From Octopus sinensis (Eukaryota): a stretch of 64,000 bases of DNA. The notes beneath the pieces are model-generated. The model was not told the DNA's origin and made no database searches. It saw only the letters and a list, made by a program, of their open reading frames with translations. This document shows positions 1 through 11,573 of this stretch, in pieces. Positions within the stretch are counted from its first letter, which is position 1; the number at the start of each line of letters is the position of its first letter. The stretch is from NCBI RefSeq assembly GCF_006345805.1, contig NC_043000.1, positions 56,978,001 through 57,042,000 on the forward strand, written 5' to 3'. The position numbers were made by a program, and so were the translations under genes.

Positions 1-2180
1 GAGTACAGGGGCTTCAACATGAAGGACATGCCTCTATGATTTCAAATTTTCTTAGCTGGATATGTATTCTGAAGTACAGCAAATCACCAGCTGTGCCAGT
101 CCTTCATCATCTCTGTGAATCACAATATCAGAAGATTATTTTTCACCATTTTGTCCCATGTCTTCTTAGGTCTTCCTCTTCCACAGGTTCCCTCCATATT
201 TAGAGATCGACACTTCTTTATGCAGCTCTCTTCATCTATACCCATTACATAACCATACCAATATTCTTCTCTCTTGCATACATCTGATTCCTCATATACC
301 CAATTTTTCTCTCAAATCACACCTTCTGTGGTACCTGCACATTGATATTGTACATTCAGTGGAGCATGCTGACTTTATTTCTTTCAAGCCTTTGCATGTC
401 CTCTGCATTCAAAGCCTCTGTTTCACTACCATTTAGCACAGTTGTTCATACACAAACATCGTAAAATCTGTGTTTCATACCAAGGGTGAGGGCATTTATT
501 ACCAACAAAGGTAATAGTTCTCTTAACTTTGGTCAACCTGTTCTTATTCTAGCAAATACACTTTCAGAGTACCTTCCTCCACTGCTAATTTGGTCACCTA
601 AGTAATGGAAACTGTCAACTACCTCTAAGGATTCTCTTGGGCATTTGAGGAAATTTATTTCCTGTATCTTTTTAGTGTTTATTGTTTCTGTATATTTACC
701 AAACATAAAGTCTATTTTCTCTGTTAACCACCCTGAGACTCCATTGCACCTCTTATGTATCCATTGCTTGCATTTGGGACACTGTATAGAGTTTCTACCT
801 GCATCTTTTATACATATCAATCAGGACCATCTCCTTGAAAGAATTAGTAATTTGTTGGCTTTCCTACTTACTAGGACTTCGGCTTTTGGCTTTTTGATCC
901 CAGTCCTTGTTTCCACACTTAAAATTCCTTCTCTAGGTCAGGTGGTGATTCAGCTATAAGAACAAGGTCATCAGAAAAGAGGAACTTCCATGTGCAGCCA
1001 GTTTTAAATTTCTCTGTTATGACTTGATGGACTATGATAAAAATGAGGGGGCTGAGAACTAGTCTTTAGTGAGCCGACCTGCATGCTAAACTCAATGCTA
1101 ACTCATTGCTGACTTTCACCTTCCTGTATCCCTGTACATGGCTTGGACAGCTCTCACCAGCAACTCATCCACCCCTACCTTCCACATCAACCACTAGATG
1201 TAGGTGCAAATGACCCTGTCAAAGGCTTTCTTCATGTCAACAAATGCCAAATAGAGCAGTTTATTTTTGGCTAAATGGTTCTTCTGCAGTCATCTTACTA
1301 GAAAGGTAGATTCAGTAGTGCTTTTCACTGGCACAAACAAAACTGCTTCTCATCTAGGTTAACTCTCTTCCTATTAGTTGAGCTATGGCTCTTTCTGTAA
1401 TTTTCATTTGATATCTCTGTAATTACTTGTCTAAGGCATCACTTTTCTCTTCACAGAATTTGATTATAATGCTGCTGCACCAGTTGTTGGGCATGACTAC
1501 CTGATTAACTATAGAGATGACTAGGCCTTATTACTCTGCCAGGTATATTAAGCATCTCAACAGTAATTCCTGATGGGCCAGGAGATTTCCCTATGTTTAC
1601 AGTCTTAATTGCTTTATCTATCTTGCTACTATCATCTTGAATAGCTGGTCCCTCTGTTTGGTCCACACTAGAAAAATTTCTTCTTCTCCCATGAATTCTC
1701 CACATTTAGCAGGCCTTTGTAGTGGCATTTCCTCTTTCTTTTCAGAATCACTAAGTGCAAGTATATCATTATCCCTCTGAACATGCTTCTCTACAACAGC
1801 ACAATTTTCTCTGAGTTTTGCAATCCTGAACACCTCATGCCCCTGGTCCTCATATATGTGTTACCAAGCTTCTTTTCAAGTTATTTGGTATAGTTCTCTG
1901 TAACCCCACTTTTCCAGATCTTCCAACCTGTTCTTATGGCTCTATCTACTTCATTGTTCCACCATATATTCCTAGGTCAAATTTGTTCTGTGACCCTAAG
2001 TAGGTTGTCACATAGGAACTTCCCATTGTTCTCTATGTTATATGTCTCTATCTCCATCTTCTTGTCAATTAGAACGTCTCTAAATTTCTGACCATTCAAA
2101 GGATCCTTAAGCTTCAAAATGTTCCTTTTCCAGACTTAGAGTCTTTCTACCCCAAAGTCTGAAGTCACTAACCTATGTCA
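1..2180 (-). mobile_element. Decayed RTE-clade LINE (RT region and upstream part); 3' end beyond the window edge
   Basis: ORF 533-820 'C..GRNSIQC.KCKQWIHKRC...LEVVDSFHYLGDQISSGG.YSESV.ARIR' is RTE RT C-terminal sequence. An LFSDDL (YADDL-like) motif lies at ~960-985. Many stops and frameshifts. Confidence 0.85.
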
Positions 2181-2395
2181 AGAAGTGTGGGTGCATGTAT
2201 GCATTTGTGTTAGTGTACATAAGGGTCGTGGTCACTGTACTTTGTCATCTGATTAAGTTGTTTAAAAAATGTATACATGGGTACAGGTATGGCTGTGCGA
2301 CAGCAAGTGGTCATGAGATGTGCTAAAAATAACAGCTAAATGATCCTTTATTCACACAAATATTTTAATTTTTTTCATAATCAGATGAATTCTCT

Positions 2396-2755
2396 GTATG
2401 GTAAGAAGTTTGCTTCCCAACCACATGGTTCCAGGCTCAGTCCCACTTGGGCTGACCAAAGCTTCATGAGTGGATTTGGTAGACAAAAACTGAAAGAAGC
2501 CCATCGCATATATATATATGTATATATCTATAAGTGTATATCTTTGTGTCTGTGTTTGTCCCTCCCACCACCACTGCTTGATAACCGGTGTTGGTGTGTT
2601 TACATACCTGTAACTTAGCAGTTCAGTAAGAGGCCAATAGAATAAGTACTAAGCTTAAAAAATAAGTCCTGGGGTTGATTTGTTCGACTAAAACCCCTCA
2701 TGGCAATGCTCCAGCATGGCTGCAGTCAAATGACTGAAACAAGTAAAAGAATAAG
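2396..2755 (+). mobile_element. SINE-like repeat, family B (tggtaagaag.ttgcttcccaaccacatggttc...)
   Basis: The same composite repeat recurs at ~6700-6865(-), 14730-14900(-), 32171-32552(-), 33695-34090(+), 35090-35270, 35470-35610, 44335-44650(-), 49615-49765(-), 51990-52125(-), 54060-54210(-) and 63118-63612(-). Confidence 0.75.
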
Positions 2756-4655
2756 GTATAATGGTAATTTAGCTGAGGTGTCAATAAAGAGATGTGGGTT
2801 CCAGCCCCAGTGAATTTTCACCTTTTTATTCTTTTTTGAAAATACAATTTGTTTTGGTTAATAATGTGAACATGAAGTCGCCATTCAACTTTGGGTCAAA
2901 TAACAATAATTTTAATTAAATTATAAAAAAAAACATTTTAAGAAAAATAATTTGAATTAAAAAATTACTCGGCAAAGCATGTATTAATTAAAGAGATGTA
3001 GATTCAAGTCCCATTAAATTTTCACATTGTTATCCTTCTAACTTAATATTTTGCATTGCTTAACAAAATAATTATTATTCAATTCAGAGTCAACCATCAA
3101 TAAATTTAATTTAATAATTAAAAATATGGCTATAAGAGAAAAAAAAAATATATATATATATATAATTAAATTGGAAGAAATGTTACTCTGTAAAAGTATC
3201 TATGAATTACCTCCCTTAACTGAATTTAAAAGACTTGTGATAACTACAACCTAATAACATCTTTGTAATCATATTTCTAAACAGAATATATCCTCTCTTC
3301 GTGTTTTAATCATTGTGCATTTAAACTAGTCATATCAGGCTCTAATATTCTACCTATTTTATGTTCAAACCCGCCAAATCTGGCCTCTTACACCTACTCT
3401 ACAATGTCATTCTAAAAATGAACGATCACATCATCAAAATTTCAAAGCTTCAAGATAAAGCCTGATTAATTCAGAACAATGAGAATAAATAAACATTAGA
3501 TTTGACAGAAAAATTTGAATACTAAAGAGTTAATTTTCACAATAATCAACAATTATAAAGAAAAAATAATTTCAAAGTTAATAAATATTTACGCCTATGG
3601 CAAAATTTTGAGAAGAGGGAACTGGATGAAAAGCAAAGATGATCTTGGCTACCTAATTACGTTCAAATTGGCCAAATCTGGCCTCTGACATACTCTACAA
3701 TGCCATTCCAAAACTAAATAATTATATCATCGAAATCTCAAAGAGATGAGATGATGCATGATTATTTCAGAACAATGAGAATAAATAAGCATTACATTTG
3801 ATAGAGAAATATGAATGCTAAAGGGTAAATTATCACAATGGTCAATAATCAACAATTATAAAGAAATAACAAATTTTAAGTTAATAAATGTTTACGACTG
3901 AAATATATCCTCATTCATAGGCAATACTTTGGGGGAGAAAGGGGGACAGGATGAAAAGCAAAGCTGATTTTGGCGTGATTCAAGTTCAAGGCACAAAGGC
4001 CAGGAAATCATTGCTGTAATAATGAACAATTACTAGAGGCAGTTTTGATTGAGTTGATGCTGAAAGTGTTAATCCAGCTAACATGGTCAGAAAATTGTTC
4101 TATGCTTGTGATTAATTTGCTTCAATTATTCCACACCAGCTAAGTAAGCAAAATCCTCCATGACATCTGACTCCACATGGTTCCTTTAAATAGCACCTGA
4201 ATGGTACACTTGTCGGTGCACAAATAAACAGACAAGGAAGGCTTGCATGCCTCAGCAACTGCTAGTCTTTCTGAAAAAGTCTTGCTCATACCTGCACATG
4301 AATGAGCAGATACAAAATCAACATTGGCTGACAAAGGCTCTAAACACTCATGTGCATGTGTGTTTTGTGTATGTGTAACAAAAGAGGGATTGTATTGTAT
4401 TTCCATGCAGGAAAATTTATTGTTGAAAATGCACCTAAGTTTGAAAAACTTGTAATTGTTTTTAAATAAATTTATTTACATACATATCAAACTAGTTTCA
4501 ACAATATTTTTTGTTTACCAATGGTAAAAATTTTAAATTGTGAAGTAGAAAAACATCTTTAAAAGATTCAATGTTTACAAAATTCAATAATATCAAATAT
4601 GATTTAAATGTTCACAACATTCAATAATATAAAAAATGTAGATCATCTTGTTTAA

Positions 4656-4876
4656 CCCTTTAGTGTTCACATTATTCTGCCAAAACTAATGCTTTTTTAT
4701 CCACATTGTTTTGAACTAATCAGGCATTATCTTGTAGCTATGAGATTTTGATGAGGTAGCTGTTCATTTTTCAAACGAAATTGTAGGGTTGGTGTGAGAG
4801 ACCAGATCTAGCCAGTTTGAACATAAAACAAGCAGAATACTTTTGGCTGGATATGGCCAGTTTAAATGCTAAAGGG
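4656..4876. mobile_element. TTAA-flanked MITE (piggyBac-like CCCT...AGGG ends), family D
   Basis: TTAA|CCCTTTAG...CTAAAGGG|TTAA, 221 bp. Other copies at ~3330-3525, ~3650-3830, ~23215-23450, 26235-26442 and 46200-46416. Confidence 0.8.
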
Positions 4877-4949
4877 TTAAATGCACAAAATTCTATAGCA
4901 TTAGAATTGATCGATAAGAAATGTGGATCACCAAAGTTTCAGTCATACT

Positions 4950-6650
4950 GACTTGAGAGGGAGAAAAACAGAGGAGAAATGAAAATGGTAAAAAATAGGG
5001 TTTTGTTACAGTTTCTGTAATTCTTTTTCCATCGTGTACAGGGATTTTCGCTTATCACAGCATTTTTTGGAATCCAGTATATTTCTAATTTCTTTTTTTT
5101 TTTTCAATAGATCTGATTTTTTATTCATTAAAGTACTGATGACATCGTTCTGCCTGGTTGACTTCCGTGGGGAATGGTCAACAGCCATTCCAGTTAGTTG
5201 ATTCTCTTTAAGAGTCATTTTGTTGTATTTACTGAAGTTTGGTTTTGATCGGAGGTAAAATTTCATTTGTCTAGAGTTAGGTGATGTCAGCAACTGGTGT
5301 TTGTATAGTGTTATTGTATGATGGTTTGGAGTTGTGGTTTCAAAACCTGTGTGGAAGACTGTTACTAAGGATTTTTAATCATGTCTGTTATATCTAGTTG
5401 TCTTTTTGTGGAGAAATTGGGTCTTTTTTTCCTTCTTTCTAAAGGATATTCAGCTGTGTCTTATATTTTTTAATGAGCATTCTTTCCTTATTCAAATGGA
5501 ATTGGGATGAAGTGTTCCCAGTGCATTGATAGAGAGGGAAGATTAGGTATTTCGGGCTTAAGTTTGTGGGGTCCTGGATTTGTTGCCTGTGTACCATCAG
5601 TCTGTCCCTCAACATCAAACTAGTTTGACCTATGTAGGCTCCATCACATCCTCCATGTTTGAGAACATAGATTAAGTTTTTTGATGCACAGGTGAAGTGA
5701 TTTTTTATGGTAAAAGCTTGGCTTGACTAAAATTTGTATGCTCTAAGAGGAAGATGCAAGTCCCACAGTTAGGGTGGTTGCACTTTTTGTCTAGTGGGGT
5801 TGTATTTTTGGTGGATAATTTGACACTGATGAGTAACTTTTTTAAGGATTATGGTTGTCTCTTGCTTTTAATAATCCTATGTGTTTCCAGTACCTTTTTC
5901 ATTCACAGGTCATTCATAAGAAGGGGTATGTTTTGGTGGATGATGTTGTATGCTTCCATATTCCTCAGATTGTGTGTTGATATGTAAGATAAAGTTTTAA
6001 GTGTGTCATAGGGTTTTCTTGTTTTCTGTAACTCTTGGATGTCTATAATTTTTGCACATTTTTGATTAGACTGGCCAGGTATTTTCTATCTAATAATGTG
6101 ATTTTAAATTCTCATAATCACTTTTCTCGGGTTTTAGGATTTAGTGCAATTGTACAAATTCCTCTTGCTAAATTGAATGGTATATTTATTTTAATATGTT
6201 TTAGGTGGCAGGAGTAGAATAGAAGATATTGTTTTAAGTCTGTTGGTTTGAAGATGTCAGTTTCAATTTCAGTATCTCTTCTTATGATTAAGATGTCCAG
6301 GAAGGGTAGCTGTTTGTGGTTGTATTCCATTGTGAACAGTGGTTAATGCTGTTGATTAAGTTTTTAAATTCTGAGAGTTGCTCAAGGTTATGTGGCCATA
6401 AAATGAAACAGTCATCCAAATTTCAGTCTAGCGTGCTTGTATATTTGGACCTCCAAGTATGCCATGACAAGGGTAGCAAAAGTAGGGGCTACCCAAGTTC
6501 CCATCACTGTGCCCGATTTTTGTTTATAAGCATTCTTGTTGAAGTTGAAGAAGTCATTCTGTAGGATGAATTTTATTTCTTCAACGATGAATATATTTAA
6601 AAACAATTACAATTTTTTCAAATTCAGATGCATTTTCAATAACAAACTTG
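4950..6650 (-). mobile_element. Penelope-like retroelement remnant (RT + GIY-YIG endonuclease)
   Basis: RT motifs YKQKSGTVMGTWVAPTFATLVM (6412-6606) and LPFLDILI...KPTD.KQYLLF.SCH (6118-6330). GIY-YIG 'FTCASKNLIYVL..GGC.GAYIGQTS.MLRDRL.VHRQQ' at ~5580-5700. Confidence 0.88.
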
Positions 6651-6651
6651 C

Positions 6652-6698
<47 letters not shown>

Positions 6699-6896
6699 CA
6701 CACAAAACAAGCTTCTTTCAGTTTCTATCAACCAAATCCCCTCACAAGGCTTTGGTCAGCCCAAAGCTATAGATGAAGACACTTGCCCAATGTGCCATTC
6801 AGTGGGACTGAACTCAGAAATTATGTGGTTGAGAAGCAGATTTCTTACCACACAACCATGCCTAGGCTTATATATATATATATATATATATATATG

Positions 6897-7094
6897 CGAG
6901 TGGGTACTGGAAAGTTCCTGACTTTTAAGGGTATCTCCAAAGGCCTGGTTGGAGACCTAACCTTCCAAGGTTTTTTTACAGGGCTTAAAAATACTGAAGG
7001 ACTGCTGCAATAAGTGTGCAAATCTGAGAGGGAATTATGTTATCCTCCTATATTTTCTTTTACAAAAAGCCATGAAGTATTCAGCACCTCCTCG
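6897..7094. mobile_element. Mariner-derived MITE
   Basis: Ends cgagtgggtactggaaagttcctg / gaagtattcagcacctcctcg|TA. The interior encodes a mariner C-terminal remnant (CCNKCANLRGNYV, like RW.KC...GDYVE). Confidence 0.75.
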
Positions 7095-7130
7095 TACATA
7101 ATAAGCTTACAACTTACACATTTTAATGTA

Positions 7131-7893
7131 TGTGGTCTGATCAATAAGTATCCGGACTGTTACTATACTAACAAAGCTAAAGCACATCTTGGCACAGATT
7201 GACCTTAAACTCTGCTATGCATGCGCACTAAGTTTTGACATTCTTGCTCACTTCCCCTGTTTACAGCAGTGCTTGGAAGGAAAGTGTGTAGTGTGTGATA
7301 GTTGCATCGACCATGACAGAGAAAGTTGAGCAAAGAATTTGCAGCAAATTTTGCCAAAAGCTTGGCAATACCTGCTCAGAGGCCTACACAAAGTTTTCAG
7401 AAAGTTTTCATTGTTCTCAATACAATCAAGGAGACCTTGTGAAACTGTAACCTGGGTGCCTTTTTGGTCAGCTGAAAGCAGTTTTGGCACAAACTTGGCA
7501 GACATGTGTCTCATACCCAAATCTTCAGTGATAATAGACTGAACTGAGCCATAACCAACGTGCACATCCTCTGATAACTTATCTCGGAAATGTCTGAACC
7601 ACTTATTCACTTGTGTGTGGCTCATATACTCCTCTCCACACACTTTCTGCAACTTTGCATAGGCCTCTGAGCAAGTATCGCCAAGACAACATTCTTTGTC
7701 ATGGTCAATGCGACAATCACATGCTACACACGTTCCTTCCAAGCACTGCTGTAAACAGTGAGCTAGAACGTTAAAATTTAATGTGCATGAACAGTAGAGT
7801 TCAAGGTCAATCTGTGCCAAGTGGCTCCATTCTGTGTGATGATTTAGCTTCGTTACTATAGAAACAATCCCGATATTTATTAATTAGACCTTG
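7131..7893. mobile_element. Non-autonomous mariner with two inward-facing 5' ends (foldback derivative)
   Basis: TA|tgtggtctgatcaataagtatccggactg ... caatcccgatatttattaattagaccttg|TA. The + arm starts MTEKVEQRICSKFCQKLGNTCSEAY. The - arm reads AYAKLQKVCGEEYMSHTQVNKWF...GMRHMSAKFVPKLLS (mariner HTH / WVP-like). Confidence 0.8.
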
Positions 7894-8739
7894 TAAACTA
7901 GTTAATATAAAAACAATTGTCACATAACAAAAAAAAAAGGACAGACAGATCAAAACCGAAATGTCATTTCATCCGAGATAGACAGGTTTGGTCAGAGTTG
8001 ATCGAGAATTTAAACAACGGAGAATATATATCTATTGCGTAATAAAAGCATGTTTCCTCTTTCAGAAATGCCAATACAATACATTCGCTGTCTATCAATT
8101 TGTTGACGCGTTAAAATGAGACGAAACATATTATCCTTGATTTACAAAGAATGTTCAGTTTTCAAAACGCTTCGACAAAGAGGGAAATATGTTAACTTGA
8201 GAGCAGTTCTCTTTAATATAATATATCTGAGAAATAAAAATTAATTCTATTTGAAATTTTCTACATGTATTTTTTAATTGGCAGTATTTTTAATACCTAC
8301 TTGAAACAAATTATCTCCCTTACATGATTAAAAGATTAGTGAATTACCTCCCCTACATTAGAAGGCTGTCTATTCCTGAAATTGTTTTTAGTGTGTACTT
8401 TTTCTTAGACATAAGCTGGACGATAGACTATCACAGCCATGTATTGATTTTTTAAACATTCTGATCAATCAAGCAGTAATTAATTCTAATTGTATATTCA
8501 AATATTCTCAATACTTTTGATTATACATTCAAATATTCTCCATACAATTGATTCACGTACGTTTTCAGATTGGGGAAGTAACTCTAAATTACATTATGAA
8601 ACAAGAGTTATCGTTCTTACATAATACTTTTATATTTCTAAAGCTTTAGAGTACATCCACCCCTGATTGGAACTCTTCCGTATGTAACTTGCTTTTACTT
8701 CCGCGGACTATAGACTCATAGGCTGTATGGCCAGTTAAT

Positions 8740-8990
8740 ATGATATCGCCGAAGAAATCACGCAAATACTGTTTATATGCAGCAATTACAGAGGGAAGAA
8801 TGTAGACGGCAAAGTTATTTCACTTCATAGATACCCTGCAAACGTCGTTATTCGTCGTATTTGGCTTCAGACATTGAGACTTGTGAGGAAAGACTTTGTT
8901 TACACTGCAAATAGCCAGATTTGCTCCAGTATTTCGTCAATTCTAATGGACCATCGACAGATCACTCCTTGCCATCCGATTATTAGATAA
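8740..8990 (+). pseudogene. Frameshifted THAP zinc-finger ORF (5' end of a transposase gene)
   Basis: With two frameshifts it reads MISPKKSRKYCL./CSNYRGKNVDGKVISLHRYPANVVIRRIWLQTLRLVRKDFVYTANSQICS/.FVNSNGPSTDHSLPS, fitting the THAP C2CH signature (C..C.N...SLHRFP...W...ICS.HF...P). Confidence 0.75.
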
Positions 8991-9159
8991 ACTTCAGAGA
9001 TATGTGTATGTGACTGTGCATTTATATTTGATAAATATGATAGGAATAAAAAATATTCAAAATTAAGTCTCATTTATTTATTATTATATACATTTATTTA
9101 CTTACATCCATAAAAAATACAATTTATTATACAAGGGAAAAAGTCAAAATAATTAAACA

Positions 9160-9701
9160 TGCTCTTTCCCTGCAGTGCAGTTGCAATCAGCTGAATGCAC
9201 ATTGCCAGTGACCTTTGACACTCTGTGGTCAGGATTGTTCTTTTAGTTAGATGTTGGTTTTGACGGGATTACCAAACACCGGACAATGCAGTGAGAGTTG
9301 TTTTCGGTAACATCGTGTTATTCAATGTTGTGGACGTGTCTGTCATGGTAAAATATGCCACTCCTTAACTGTCGCTTTGCCTTCATCCGAAGCACGAGGC
9401 AATTGTGAACGTGATTATCCGTAAAATTCAGCAACTTATGAAGATCTTTAGTCCAATCTGATTTCAGCACATTAGGATCGGGTAAAACTTCACCGAGAGG
9501 AGATACAAGTTTCTGCTTATTCCGGTCTGAAGTACACTTCTCGTCTGTTGATTTTAATTCATTGACATTCTTTATCATGAGAATTTTAATACCTTTTAAC
9601 CTTTCAACCAAATCCGCCTTCTTTCCAGTCACATACTGTCCATGTAATCGCAAATAATTCTTTAACTCGAACCACTTAATATTCATGACATGACATGACA
9701 C
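9160..9701 (-). pseudogene. SAP-domain + SWIM-start ORF (accessory gene of a two-gene DNA transposon)
   Basis: ELKNYLRLHGQYVTGKKADLVERL is a SAP motif. Reading through two in-frame stops gives HCIVRCLVIPS...SKVTGNVHSADCNCTAG, the CxC half of a SWIM finger. Confidence 0.7.
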
Positions 9702-9989
9702 ACAACAATGTTGTGGGTAGTCCGCATAGAATTGTCTGCATGGAGAGCCACCTAGATGAGGAAGATAATCTACTTATCGGAATGAGTCTAAATTAATCTC
9801 TGGTGTTTGACACTTCATTATAATAGTCTTCTCTCTCTCTTCCAAATATTCTACCTGATTTATGCCCAAACTAGCCAGATTTGGCCCCTCACACCTATCC
9901 AACAATATCATTCTGAAAAATAAACAATCACAACATCGAAGTTGTTGCGTAGACCTGTCAAGCCAAGTGAGACCGTAATCAAGGCCGAT

Positions 9990-10205
9990 GCCAGTGTTAG
10001 TTCAACAGCACCCATGCTGGTGGCATGTAAAAAAACACCCACTACACTCAGAGTAATTGGAGTTAGGAAGGGCATCCGGCCATAGAAACCTTGCCAGATC
10101 AGATCAGAACCTGGTGCAGCTTCCCAGCTTACCAGTTTTCAGCCAAACCATCCAACCCATGCCAGCATGGAAAGCAGACATTAAATGATAATGATGATGA
10201 TGATG
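9990..10205 (-). mobile_element. Family C repeat (RTE 3'-UTR/tail fragment ending in (GAT)n)
   Basis: ...ccaacccatg.cagcatggaaagc.gac.ttaaa.gatgatgatg. Further copies at ~12045-12325, 19176-19325, 23283-23352 and 48870-49320(+), plus one contiguous with the RTE at 35990-36440. Confidence 0.75.
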
Positions 10206-10752
10206 AGATAGAATAAGTGAGAGAAAGAGAGAGATACATTACAATTTATTAACTGATCACAACTGACACACTTTTTCTCTCCTCATACACATAAAGAGAT
10301 ATATGCTCACACACATAAACAGAGGGAGAGTGGTGGAGGTGAGAACAAAAGAAATGATAAAACATCTGATGTCAAATAAGTCAACAATGAATCAGTAGCT
10401 TCAAAAAGGCAGCATCTAAACAGCAGTGCCAAAACATCTCATACCCAACAAACCTATACTAAACACTTGGCCCAATCCATCTTCCTCTGAGTTATAATTC
10501 TCTAGAAATCACTCCCAGTGAAATCTTTCCCTGCAGGCATTAAACTTCATTGATCTCAATTTTGGAACAGCTGACAAGTCTATGAATCAATTTCCATAAC
10601 TTACAAAAGCTATAACCAATGTCCATTTTCTTTGCAAGAAAAGAACAGTGGTTTGCTCCAGTGTTTAAAATTTTCAGGCAGCTTTCTCTCTTGGTTGTTG
10701 ATATTTTGTCTAAGTGAAAGAGAAAATAGCTCTGTCTGTCTGTCTGTCTGTG

Positions 10753-10794
<42 letters not shown>

Positions 10795-11324
10795 ATATAT
10801 CAGCAGTTATGCTTTTATACATGTGAGAAGTTTCTCATAAATTCTACACGGCATGTTCAAAATAACACCTTTAATATCAGTAATATATATATATATATTT
10901 AAATATATGAATTCACTTAATGTCAGCAAACTAAGAGACAACATGTAGCATCCCATTAAATAATAAGTTACAAGAAACAATATATATAAGCACAAACAAA
11001 TAAAAAACAGACACAGAAGGTCACCAAATGTTCATGAGTTATCAGCCAAACTTATAGATATAGATATATATGTTAAGTTATCTGTTGGACTATCTGTATA
11101 TTGAATGTTTGTGTGAATATGTTTATTATTATTGTTTATTTGAATACAAAATAAAAGGAGCATTTAATGATTATGTATAATGATAAAAGAAGACACAATG
11201 TAGTTGTTACAGCATATAAAGCCCTCATGGGATTCACACACACAGTATGAGAACAACAAAAATCTCACATAGATTTTGGCAGAACAGATACACACACACA
11301 CATACATAAATAAAATTAACTTAC

Positions 11325-11573
11325 TTGGTGTGCATATGCAAGGTTGGTGCCAAATTTGTAAGCATTTTCTTGTACAGTAATTCCATGTCCAGCGAGAAGT
11401 GTGACAGCTTGACAGCTATATCCAAGCAAATTACCATAAGAAAGATAAGCTTGGTTGCGCCAGTCACTAAATGTAATTGTCTCTTTCAAAATTCCATTGC
11501 CATCAGAATCAACGAAAGTGGTAAACTGGGACTCCATAATTTTTTTAATTGATTCTGATATAATTTCTACCAC
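11325..11573 (-). CDS. PDSS2: PDSS2 coding exon 4
   Basis: ttgttag|GTG GTA GAA...CAC CAA|gtaagt. 249 nt, phase 0-0. Encodes VVEIISESIKKIMESQF...WRNQAYLSYGNLLGYSCQAVTLLAGHGITVQENAYKFGTNLAYAHQ, homologous to PDSS2 '[26 protein letters not shown]...AFQYGKHMAMSHK'. Confidence 0.93.

Noticed and set aside
4140-4406. 88-aa minus-strand ORF with an internal CAG|gtatga
   Set aside because: No recognisable homology, and no acceptor gives a PDSS2-compatible frame.
4925-4975. Hammerhead remnant at the 3' end of the 4950-6650 Penelope element (GUCAGUAUGACUGAAAC)
   Set aside because: The CUGAnGA core and stem I are not recognisable; too decayed to call.
1-11324. Downstream PDSS2 exons (expected ~130-nt phase-0 exon with a 'SAPV.LH'-like motif, then the terminal exons)
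   Set aside because: I checked minus-strand acceptors near 3200-3290, 4080-4410, 10320-10600 and 10800-11060. All gave early stops or no homology. The exons are probably beyond the left edge, though a very diverged exon could have been missed.
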